A stretch of 64,000 nt of DNA, taken from Klebsormidium nitens. Taxonomy: Eukaryota > Plantae > Klebsormidiophyceae. The DNA lies in assembly GCA_000708835.1 (NCBI GenBank), contig DF237260.1, forward strand, positions 42,260-106,259. Reading direction: 5' to 3'. The translations under genes were made by a program, and so were the position numbers. The notes beneath the pieces were generated by a model. The model was not told where the DNA came from. It did no database searches and saw only the letters and a program-made list of their open reading frames with translations. Below are positions 22,487-33,800 of this stretch, piece by piece. Position 1 is the stretch's first letter; every line of letters starts with the position of its first letter.

Positions 22487-22772
22487 CGTGCTTCCGCCCT
22501 CTCTCCCCTGAGGCTGTAGCACTGTCACGAAATTCTGCTTTCCACGCTGGCTTCGCTTGCTCAGTAAATAGCACTTTGAATCTGTTAATACTAATAGCAT
22601 TCTGAGGAAATGCGAGATGGCAGCAGCGCAAGGCCTCTTCGAAAGTTCAAAGTCGAACTTACTTCCGGCAACCTGTGCCCTATGAAGGTTCGACGAATTT
22701 ATCGACCTGCTGCACGCAGTGACAAGCTGCGGTAACGACTCCGTCGCGTACGGTAATGGTCTCATCTTTGCC

Positions 22773-22815
22773 TAGGGTTGAACTTAACTAAGACGGCTTG
22801 AACTAGAAAACCCTA
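22773..22815. promoter_or_regulatory. Telo-box-like motifs in the SDA1/HisRS bidirectional promoter
   Basis: TAGGGTT (22773-22779) and AAACCCTA (22808-22815) in opposite orientations between ATGs at 22486 (-) and 22876 (+). Telo-boxes are typical of plant translation and ribosome-biogenesis genes. Confidence 0.45.
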
Positions 22816-22875
22816 GTATAACCAACCACCCAGGCAGAATTTGCAGAGGTCGAGCTCAGAGTGAGACTCAGAGCA

Positions 22876-25800
22876 ATGGGGGGCGCAGCAGCTGCATCCA
22901 TGGGCCCCGCATTGTCACGCTCTCTCCCGCGGGTCCCCACAGCTTTGCATCAGGGGATGGGAATGGCGAGTAATGCCAGACTCGCTGACTCATTCCGCGC
23001 GCTCCTACCGGGCGCCTCTCATCCGAGCGCCTCTCCAAGCTCCTTTCAATGCAGCTTTGCAGCACCATTTTCTTTCTATGCTTCCAACCCTAGAATACCC
23101 CAGTCATCTCTAGCATCTTCCTCACATTTAGCTACCACTCCTTGGTTTTCCCACCCCATTCTCACTGAGACTACCACTCCCCATCAGAGAAGTTTCGGAT
23201 CTTCGATAAGAGCGGAGAAAGCTGCTAGCTCTACTGCCCTGAAAACACCCTCTGTCTCCGCCCCTAGCTCAAAGAAACAAGCGCTGATAGACACACAACC
23301 GCCTCGGGGGACAAGGGACTTTCCTCCGGAGGAGATGCGCTTGAGAACGTGGCTGTTCAACCATTTCAGAGAGGTGAGGACATTAATCCCCTCATAACTT
23401 CAAGTTGAAGAAAGTTCTGTCTGGTGCTTCGTAAGATTCTAGGCAGTTTCATGTCTTGAGATAGCTTTGTTGACTGTGTGACTTGGATGATGTATCCGCC
23501 CTGCGTCTGAAGACTATTGAGCATTGGACTACTTTCTGCACTTGTTCAAACAATCCAGCGGGTTGCCTGATTGTCATTCCATTGGGAATGTCTAACGCCT
23601 GAGACCGAGCTAAGATCTGTTATCTTTTGTGGACAGGTGTCACGACTCTTTGGCTTTGAGGAGTTCGATGCGCCCGTGCTCGAATCAGAAGAGCTGTTCA
23701 CGAGAAAAGCGGGGGAAGAGATTGTTGGCCAGGTAATCAGCACTTTGCTCAATAGCATCAGATGCCGCCTTGATCAGCATACCACTTCATCCGCGCACAA
23801 TTGTTTTCCGCACCAACTTTGAAGACAATGCATTGTTTATGTGGGAAAACATTGACTTCTGCTTGGGTCAACGTATGACGGTTGTGCCCGTCCTGTGAAC
23901 CTCTGTATCCTTCGATGTGAAAGGTCTGTCGTTCATTGATTCATTTTGAACGGTGCGGATAAAGGACCTTACCTAGAGACCAAACACTCTTGGCGCCACC
24001 AGAGGGATCCGATCGGCCTCGTGATGTTCGTGACCCTATACTAGTTGCCACGCAGCTGTACAACTTTGACGACAAAGGGGGGCGCCGGGTGGCGCTACGA
24101 CCAGAGCTCACTCCCTCGCTTGCACGGATCATACTGTCGAAGGGGTGAGCGTCCTCGTTCTAGTTTCATGTTCCGCATGTTTTTCGTCCAAATTCGACAG
24201 CGCAAGTGAGCAACTCTACAAACGCTTTTGATCGGAGTTCCTGAAGAGTTCCTTTGAAGTAGTCCGCCGTTTCTGGACAAGTTGCAAAAAGATACTGCAT
24301 GGCGTTTGATCCTGAAAACCCCGTTCATTATAGTCGCATGAATCAACACTCAAATGAAGGATCGTCGTGCGGCCAAACTCGTCTCTCGTCAACACCCGCT
24401 TTGTTCTGTTCAGGAAGGGCCTTTCTCTGCCGGCCAAGTGGTTTGGGATTGGGCAGTGCTGGCGCTACGAGAGGACGACACGTGGCAGGAGGCGGGAGCA
24501 CTACCAGTGGAACATGGACGTCTTTGGAGTGCAAGGAGTCGAGGTAAGCCTGCTTCCTTCGTTCGATCAACCCAAGTTGTTTGGAGTCGTTGACATCCGC
24601 TTTCCCTACCCTAGTGATCCTCAAACTCAAGCTGTAGCTGCCACTTTCCGAAATTTTTCGATTCATCTAGTTCTCTAAGAGGCGTGATTGACTGCCGGTG
24701 TGCCAAAAACGGTTGTCAAACGTTTCCCTTTCGATAAGTTTCCTGTTCGTCCGATTGTATTAGACTGAATTGCTTGATCGGAAGTTTGAATGTCAGGTAC
24801 TGCTTTGCATCGACCACGAATGTTTGTCGCACGCAGGCCGAAGCGGAGCTGCTTTCAGCGATCGTCACCTTCTTCTCGCGCCTGGGGCTGACGGCAAAGG
24901 ACGTCGGGTTCCGAGTTTCGAGCCGAAAGGTAACTACATAGGCTATCCTTTCACATATCTGAACTTCTACCGAAGAAGGAGCCTCTGGTGCATGCATGTG
25001 CCTTAGTCTCCAAGCTTCGCGCTCGTCTGTCGTTGTCCCGAGACCGCTCAAAGTCTTCCCATCCTGCTTACTACTCCGCCAGGTTCTCAGCGGATCCCGC
25101 TCTCAAGAGAGGTCCTAGGGTGTTCTCTTTAACCCAGCAGGAGCACGAATAATAAATTGCTTTTTGATTGTGCCGATTCTGACCCACGCGTTCCCGCAGC
25201 TCCTTCAAGACGTGCTCGGGCGCTACAGCATACCTTCTGAGAGCTTCGCTTCCGTATGCGTCGTAGTGGATAAGGTGAGCTCCCCGCTGCCCTTCGAACC
25301 TACCTGCTTCATTTTCTCATTCTTTCCAAAGCCCGGCCTGTCTCTGAAGAACACCTCGAAGGCAGTCCGCTCCGTCGGGCTAGCTTCTCTGGACTCCTCG
25401 AGACACTACTACCAGATGACGGCGAAGCTAATCTGACAGTACGAGGCGAGAGTTTTAGGACTTATTCAGCAAATCAGCAGTTTCTGGTCCGATTGTTTGC
25501 ATAGACATGTCAACCCTTTCGGATACAATGAAGAGGTGCGTGAATCTACGTCAACTGACCTGATGAATTTGTTCAACTTTCGATTGTCGTGCACGGCGTC
25601 ATAAAGGGCTTCAAGAAGACCGTTGCGCACAGGAGCCGATCGTTACGTTCGCTACGAGTATGGTGGAGCGCACGATCTTGGGCTGGCTAGGGGACAAAGT
25701 CTCCAGGCTTTCGCACCGTCCATCTTGTCAACATCGACAAATCGACGGCTCCGATTCTTCTTCCGAGCTCAAGAGCGGGGCCCAAGCTTGCGATTGTCGT

Positions 25801-28800
25801 CCTGGTCACCAAGCGCTAACGCCCAGACTGGTCTGATTAGGTGAAGATCGGACGGCTGTGACAGCGTTTCGGGCTATCTCAGAACTGTTTTTGTCCCATT
25901 GACAGATTGACAAGCTACCCCGGGAAGAGATTGAGAAGGAGTTAGGCGCCCTCTCGGTGCCCCCTGAAGCGGTAACCGGGATACTCCAAGCACTCACGCT
26001 CAAGTCGCTCTCGGGCTTAGAAGGTGAGAGCCTGCGTAGAGGTACCCTTTAAATGCTGCGCCGAAGGCAAGTAAAATGCTTTGGGGGCTAGACGGTCTGC
26101 TGATATCGACGTTAAGAGCGCTCTCGTGGAGAAACTCGTGGCATGAGTCAGCGGGCCGCCTTTCCTGCTCGCGCAAAATAGTCAAGGGTCGAGTCGCGAA
26201 GCTTCTCTGAGTCTGTTGGCGGGTCGACTTTTGCCCTTCCCTTAACGATAAAAGAAAGCCCTCCTGACTCGTCATCAGTGGCCAATCAACAGTGCTCCGC
26301 CGTCTGCCAAGGTTGTCAGCGGTCCGCCTCGGAAGACGGCGTTACAGCTGACGTCACGCATGACGTCCCTCTCTGCAGACTTGCTGGGCGCGGACAGCGA
26401 CGCGGTGCGCGAGCTGAAGCAGCTGTTCGCGCTTGCGGACGGGTACGGCATCGCGGACTGGCTCCAGTTTGATGCGTCCGTCGTCCGAGGGCTGGCCTAC
26501 TATACTGGAGTTGTGTTTGAGGTGGGGCCTTCTTTCTTCTGCTCTTTAAAGACGTTCTGTCTTAGAACCAAAACCGAAAGGTTCAGGTTTCTTAGTCTTA
26601 CGACGTATCAAAGTGGCATACTACTTGAAAATAGGCTATGAGGTGGGGAGCCTTCTTTCTCTTCGATCTTAAAAGTCGCTCATTCCTTGAAACAATATCG
26701 AAACGTTGAGGTTTGTTAGACTTACGACGGACGCATCAAACTGGCCTGTTACACGGGGATCGTCTTTGAGGTGGGGCGTCTGATCGTTTCCTGCCACGAA
26801 AAGTTGCTCTTCGCTCGTCGGCAGGATCCGCCAATGAGCGATACTAAGGTGCTCTGAAACATTCTTTGGTCTCTCAGAGGACTTTGCAGTAACACCCGCA
26901 GTCCTTAGCCGGTTCTCTTCAACGCAACGAGGCGCTCGAGAGGAAGATGGAGACACGGACGAACGGAAAGACACCGAACCAGCGGCAGTCGTAAGTAAGA
27001 AAGAATGGATTCGGTGCACGGAATCGATTCCATACAGACGTTAACAACTTCCTCGCGTCGATTCCAGGCGTTTGACCGCGAAGGCAAGCTGCGGGCCATT
27101 TGCGGGGGCGGCCGGTACGATAAGCTATTGTCGACGTTCGGGGGCGACGACACGCCTGCCTGCGGATTTGGATTTGGGGATGCGGTTATCGTCGAGGTAG
27201 GCTTGTTAACGAATTGGCTTCCTTTAGCTTCCCTCTTGCTTTCCAGGGCCACAAGACAAAAATATTTGTCAAAGTGTTTCTGACCTTTAGTTTTCAGTCT
27301 CGCTACCAGCCTGCACCGTTGTGTCGCAGCACTGGTTATCCACCGGCGCTTGACCATTCCGGCCGAGGCGATATCCGGCTTTGTTTTACACGTCTGTTGA
27401 ATCTTCGGATCCGTCTGGTTCCGTTGGAGTGAGTTGACGAAATCTGCAACGTGCCCACTGAAGGTAGATCAATCTGAGAATTTATCTTCGTTTCTATTTA
27501 TAATTGTAGATCTCTTATTTTTATTGGTGGCTGGGTGCGCCCTAGACTGGGTTCTCCGGTCTCCAGAATTGAGTGCGAACCTTCCGACGGGCGCACGTTG
27601 TCGTTTGCGAATGGTAAAATATCTTCTAGACTCGAAAAAGCTTTTCCTCTCTTCTGCTGAAAGTAGATAGAACGCCCCATTAGAGATGCAGCTGCCTAAA
27701 GCCGACGGCGAAAAACTCCTGTCCGTAGACTTAGGATGCTTAATGGCGGTCTCGCTTGAGCTCCTAAACGACAAAAGGCGCTTTTGTTTGCAGCTACTGA
27801 AAGAGCGGGGCCTGCTGCCGGACCTGCCGCACGTGGTGGATGACGTGTTGGTGACGTTAGACGAGGAGTGCCGGCCGATGCTGAATTCTGTGGCTGCGAA
27901 ACTGCGGGCCGCTGGGCGGTCGGTGGAGCTGGTACTAGAGAGCAAGAAAATGAAGTGGTGAGCGACTCGCTCCATACCTCAGAACATTGTATAATGTCTC
28001 GTATAATCGGACGGTGTCTGTCTCCTTTCCTTCGATAATCCTACCAGGAGAAGGAGAAGAGTTTATAGACGTGTGTCTACGTTCAATCTTTCTTATAGTG
28101 GGTGTTCTCCAGGAACTCTGACGGTGTGCATCCCCTCCCCTACGAGAACTCCGCCAAAGAATAAGAAGAGCTCATAGACGTGTGTCTACGTTGAAAACTA
28201 TTTGTTGTAGTGGCTGTACGACACTTGGATCTTTTATTCACGGGATGGGAAAACTTGTGCATGTTTGGACTCCTTGACGCCTTAATATATCTGATCCATG
28301 ATCTACCCCACGGTGAACCGCAGGCTTGAAGTTCTGGTATATGGATTAGCCGGTGCGATGTGCACAATCTGGCAGAAGAGGTTGCGGAAACAGATTCGCA
28401 TGCAGCGGACAGCCTGGTTGAAACGGACGGTACATGCAGTTTTCGAGCGGAAACAAAATGCATCGCGGACAGCTGAAGTTCATTTTCTTTTTGTGGATCA
28501 TTCAGGGTGTATCCCCCGTTTGAATGCGCCTCCTCCGTCCAGCTTGTCTTCATTACCACTTTTTGAAGTCAGAAGCTTTGGGCTGGCTTGAGCATGCACC
28601 GAGTCTCTCTTGCCATGTCCCCGCCGTGACCAACATTGCGCAGTGTTGCCTGTAGATCCTTGCGCCCTTGCTGAGGTCAGCTCCTTTTGGAAAGGATCTT
28701 TTTCTGCGGCCATAAAACCTATGCTGCTTCCTTGAACAAACCAAAAACTCATCAACTGTTCGAGTATGTAACAGACCCATCTCCTGTCTTGGTAGCCTTT

Positions 28801-28964
28801 TCAAACCCGGTCTTCCTCTTTCCAGGGTGTTCAAACGGGTCGAGCAAGTGGGAGCTTCTCGGCTGATCGTAATCGGGAGCGACGAGGCAGCACAAGAGGC
28901 CGTCAAAGTGAAGGACCTAGCGACGCGGGAAGAAACACTCGTTATGATTAAAGACCTCGTTTGA
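22876..28964 (+). CDS. hisS: Histidyl-tRNA synthetase, organellar (bacterial type) with an N-terminal transit peptide, 11 exons, about 557 aa
   Basis: Exons 22876-23373, 23637-23732, 24056-24144, 24414-24543, 24837-24929, 25200-25274, 25906-26023, 26379-26521, 27068-27196, 27794-27957, 28826-28964 (1674 nt). Motifs [59 protein letters not shown]. Confidence 0.95.
26590..26800 (+). repeat. Two intronic echoes of the HisRS exon 8 3' end plus donor, carrying a 21-nt inversion
   Basis: TGAG|GTGGGG is repeated at about 26521 (live), 26642 and 26770. Sequence acgacggacgcatcaaactgg (26714-26734) is the exact reverse complement of exon bases 26463-26483. Confidence 0.85.
28009..28230 (+). repeat. 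Approximately 110-bp degenerate tandem duplication in HisRS intron 10
   Basis: agaagagtttatagacgtgtgtctacgtt versus agaagagctcatagacgtgtgtctacgtt, about 112 bp apart; each contains the hairpin tagacgtgtgtcta. Confidence 0.8.
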
Positions 28965-29530
28965 CCTGAAGCTAATATGTACTAAGGCCGAGTCGATGTA
29001 GAATGAAGCCGTTTGCTCGGCCTTGCCAATCGGAGACGACATTTAGCGGAGACGACGTTCTTCATTGCAGCGCTTTCATATGGATATGTTTACCGGCGTC
29101 CTCACAATGGACTACACAGTTGATAGTGCAGCAGATGTTTAGTTGCAATCCGGCCCCCCTTGAATGGCGGGTGTGAAGTACGCACAATGCAGTGACCACG
29201 TTTCAGTGGAACTGGCATTAGATATATGGAGGCCTCCTAGAAGATAGGTAGTCATGACTGTGCACTATATGACCCGACTGCAGAGTACCAATGTGTACGG
29301 GTACCCGTACAAATAAATGAAATCAATTTACATTGCAAATTGCAATCCTTGCGCATCATTGGACAACAGAACGCAAGATGCACGCAAGTCCCAATTACTT
29401 ACAACTTACATGCCATCAACCAAATATGCTGGCGGCCATTTTGGCACAAGTATCAATCTGTATTGATTCACTTGTAGTATTCGAGAGATCATAAGATTCT
29501 GCAATTTTGAATTGAGCACCACGGCCAGGG

Positions 29531-29714
29531 GTCGGCATAAGCCGACTAACAGTGAACCCCGGGACACAAGATTTTGGGAAAAGCCGACAAAATTGAAAAG
29601 TACCCGGCTCGAAAGCCGACACCAGAGGCAGGGCCCTCAGCCAAAAGCCGACAAGTACCCAAAAATCCAAGCAAGAAGCCGATGAATTTGGGAGGAAGTC
29701 GGCTTTGAGCCGAC
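29531..29714. promoter_or_regulatory. Cluster of seven GCCGAC (DRE/CRT-core-like) motifs plus one variant, upstream of HsfA
   Basis: GCCGAC at 29541, 29583, 29615, 29647, 29709; GTCGGC at 29531, 29698; GCCGAT at 29678. The regulatory role is inferred only. Confidence 0.5.
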
Positions 29715-30860
29715 ATTTCCATTTGCATGATTGAGTTGACTGAGCAATTTTCAGCCGTAGATGTCGCAGAAAATATCCGCAATGGTCCGCCCTGTACGAG
29801 GTGGGCGGACCAAGCGACGGTGATTAACAAACTTTCGCACGCGTGAATCTCCATCGGACGGCCTGCGACCGGAGGTCCGACCAGGTACCGGTGGATGCAA
29901 GACGACAAATTTTTTAATTCAGCTGTACGGAAAATAGCGTTACTACTTCGCACCTGGATATCAGGAAGTGAATTTGGTGACATCTGACGGACTTCAACTC
30001 GCACGCTGTACAGCAGTTTCGCAACACCGAGCAGTATATCCGGATTGTATTTATTTTCGGGCGGGGTAGAAACGAAGAATCTCTAAAGGTGGTACAGCGA
30101 CCGTATGTTAGTTGCATGCAGTCTTTCTGGTCGCTTCCTCGTTTGCGACGTCATACGGCGACACTTTTGAGCCCATCTCTACAGCTGCGCCATTTTCAAT
30201 AATACGCATGTGCTCGCGCACACTTATAGCGCGCAATACTAGCCAAAAAATGGCATGCCAAAAACCTGCGCCGACCCCTGACCACGGCCCTGGAGTCTCG
30301 GAAGTCACGTGCTACTTAGTATGTACTATGATTTGAAGATGGAGGGGGATTTGCCGCACACCTAGTTCCAGGTAACGTACTCCCCAATTTCAAATAGCAA
30401 GCGGCATCGACGGCTCTCTGCTCTCTTACATCCCTCATCGACGGTTTTGAACTCACCTCAAAGGAGAGAAGGAAAGTGCAAAAGTGGAAAAAGCTCCTCT
30501 GCCATGTCGCCACTCATGTCTCCCGCCCTGTTTTAACTTTTGACCCCAGTTGCTAGATCTGCGCTCTTTTGCGATTCGCCCATCTGGCCCATACCCAGAG
30601 CTGTGAGAGTTCCTCGTCTTCCTGTGTCCTACTCCAGCCACTTCTAACCGATTCATGGAGACAACAGCGCCGTTTGCAGTGTAGGGGCTCTCGATAAATC
30701 TGCAGGGGAGCGACGGGATTGTTTTGCCAGGCCTCTTATTTTCTTGGCTGCTCTGATAAGAACCATCAAAAGATACTATCATCGCTAAAGTCGGGTCTGG
30801 ATCGGCGTGCCGACGAGCTACAGGAGAACACGTTGCACTGAAGCAGAATTTGGATGGGAC

Positions 30861-33800
30861 ATGGAGGGTATGCAGGACCAATACATTGAAGATAGTCTTG
30901 GGATGAATCAGCAACTGCCAAGAAACGCTCAGGACCCCATGGATTTCTGGCAGATGCAGAACGCAGACTCGCAGTCCCAGTCATTTGGCACGCTCGCAAT
31001 CAACGTGCCGGACGTAAATGCGGCCACACCATTACCTCAGGAGGTGGTCAATGCGCTCCCGCAGACCATACCCGTCCAGCCAGCACCAGTCCCTTCGCAA
31101 CCGCAGAGCTCACGGCCTCCGGTTTACCCTCCTCAGCCGGCGGATGGATTGCAGGTAAGGCCCTCCAACAATGTTTTACCAGTTGGACACGAGCGGGTAT
31201 CTAGAACTGGAGTCTGAATGCATTGTGCTGTGGGGTCCGGTTGTTCATGCTCAAAGGTCAACGACGCTCCCATTGCATATTACCCTGGCCTCATGCACCC
31301 CACCTTCTCACTCTCCTCATTCTCGAACTGCCTTGAGGAGGCTCGTTTTTATCCAGAGGGCACAATGTACTCGGAGCTTGTGTTGTCAAAGTCGTTTAGA
31401 CTCTTCCCTACTCCTTCGTGCCTTTTCCTTGTCAGTCGTCACATCTTCCCGATTGCCATCATTGAGCCTGCGCAAATGCAGGGAGATCCAAATGAAATGC
31501 ACATCTTTGCAAGAGCAACCTGCTCACCTGCAGTCCCCTCTCTTGTTTTAGGGGTCTGCCCCGCCCCCTTTCCTCACCAAGACTTACGAGATGGTCGACG
31601 ATCCATCCACCGACGCCGTCGTCTCGTGGAGCCGCTCGAACAACAGCTTTGTCGTATGGGACCCGCCGCAATTTGCTCGCGACCTGCTGCCAAAGTACTT
31701 CAAGCACAACAACTTCTCCAGCTTTGTGCGCCAGCTCAACACCTATGTGAGCAGCAACACATCCAACCTTGCTCTTGTTGTTGCATGTAGAAAGCCGAAT
31801 TTGCTCGAGTCCCTCACTTTGCTTGCGTGAGAGAAGCTCTCGTGTTACCAAGAAAAAGACTCAGGTACGGTTCTGCAAATGGGCAGAACCACGTGAATAA
31901 GCTAGGGAGGTTGAAGTACACCGGCCGGTTTCCTGCAGATTGGAAAGCCTCCAACTGAGCATTTTGTGGCAAATGGATCCCCACGTCGTGCCCGCCGCAT
32001 TGCGCCGGTTGATTGAACGTACCCACCGGATTAAGCGAATTCCCCAATCTGTCTGCGCACAGCACGATTGACAGAGATTGCTGCTGCCTTCCTCTTTGCA
32101 TTACTTGGCAACTTGCACGAGCAGCAGTCATATCTGGTTTTAGGACAGAGACAAGAGCAGAAGCACCAGAATGGCTACCCACGCGGTGAGATGATCAGAA
32201 TCACAAACCCACTGTAGAGCATGCTTGCATAAGCCCTTTCCTCCGTGCAGGGCTTCCGGAAAGTGGACCCCGACCGCTGGGAATTTGCAAACGAGGACTT
32301 TCTGCGGGGGCAGCGCTACCTGCTCAAAAACATCCATCGTCGCAAGCCTCCCGGCAACGCGCAAGCCGGAGCCACACAAAACGCCGCGAATAACAACATG
32401 GTGAGTGTCCACTTGTGGTAAAAGGCTTCCGTTGGTCCTTGTTTGTGTGCAATGTTTGTTGCTTTCTTCTGCGTCAACTCAACTGCTCGAGATTTGAGCT
32501 CAAAGGAAGCATGTGCGCACCATATTCTCGAAACGTGCAGCTGTAGTGGACCCCTCTTTCTGGTGGCCTTCAAACATTGTGGGTGCGCCCTCTGTCTCAA
32601 GTAGACTTGCCAGTGTTGCAATTGCTGCCCATCTTTGGATCGCATCTTCTTTGAGCCTGGCTCAACTCTGCTTAAGACCGTGTGAAGATCCTGGCTGTCC
32701 ACTTTCTGGACCTCCTTTCCTCCCCCTCTCTCCAATGCTTTCTTGCTCGTCCTAAAACGCTGATGCAATTGCTGACAGTTTGTTTGCGGCAACCAGACTC
32801 CTCAGGTTTTACAGCACTGTACCCTCCATGTTTGTCTCATCCCAAGACACACTCCCATACAATCAGAGTCGTCGGGGCCTAGCATTTCTCCCCACTCTCT
32901 TTCAAAGTCTCCTTGCTTTGTCTTTCTTCATGAGTGCAACCTGACATCACAACAATATTGAAGCTCCTGATGCGCGGAGAGTTCCCCCCCATAAATTGCA
33001 GCAAGAATTTTCCACTTCGACTTTTCTCCGAGCCTTTACCCCTCAGCTCCTACACAAACCTGCAATCAACAGCCCCGTCTCCTTTGCCCCCTGCCATTTT
33101 GTTTTCCTTCCATTCCGCTTTTGCCCTCTACATTCCACTTCCGACCCCTCCCCCCCGGGGCTCAGGTTGGAGAGCTATGGTATCGTCTCCGTCATCCTCC
33201 TTTTCTTACATCCTTCCTTCACCCCTTCACCATCTTTTCCTTATCGTTCTGACGCAGGGGCTGGAGGTGGCAGATAGGAAGTTTTCCTTTCCTCCCCCTT
33301 CCGTGTTATCTGCCTCTTATCCTACTTTCTTCTCTCGCTCTTCCTCCAGGTCCTTGAGTATGGTACTACTTTCTCGCTACACTTTAAACCTCCCTGACCC
33401 TCCGCTTTTCTCAGTCTTTCCCATACCTCGTTTCCTGTTCTTCCTCCCCCCCTGGCGTCAGGTCCTCGAGGTGGGCAGCTATGGCATGCTCATTCCCCCC
33501 TATCCTGTTCCATGTCTGTCACCCCGTCCGATGTCACTTCTCTTCGGCGCCCCCGTCTTGCACTCCCTTTCTCCATCTCCCGCTTTTTCTCACTTCCCCC
33601 ACCCCCCGGCGCAGGTACTCGAGGTCGGCAGCTACGGCATCATGGACGAGGTCGAGCGGCTCAAGCGCGACAAGAACGTGCTCATGGTCGAGCTCGTGAA
33701 GATGCGCCAGAAGCAGAGCAGCATGGACCGCGTCGTGAGCGAGCTGCAGAGCGACCTGCAGCTGACCAACCAGCGGCAGCAGCAGATGATGTCGTTCCTC

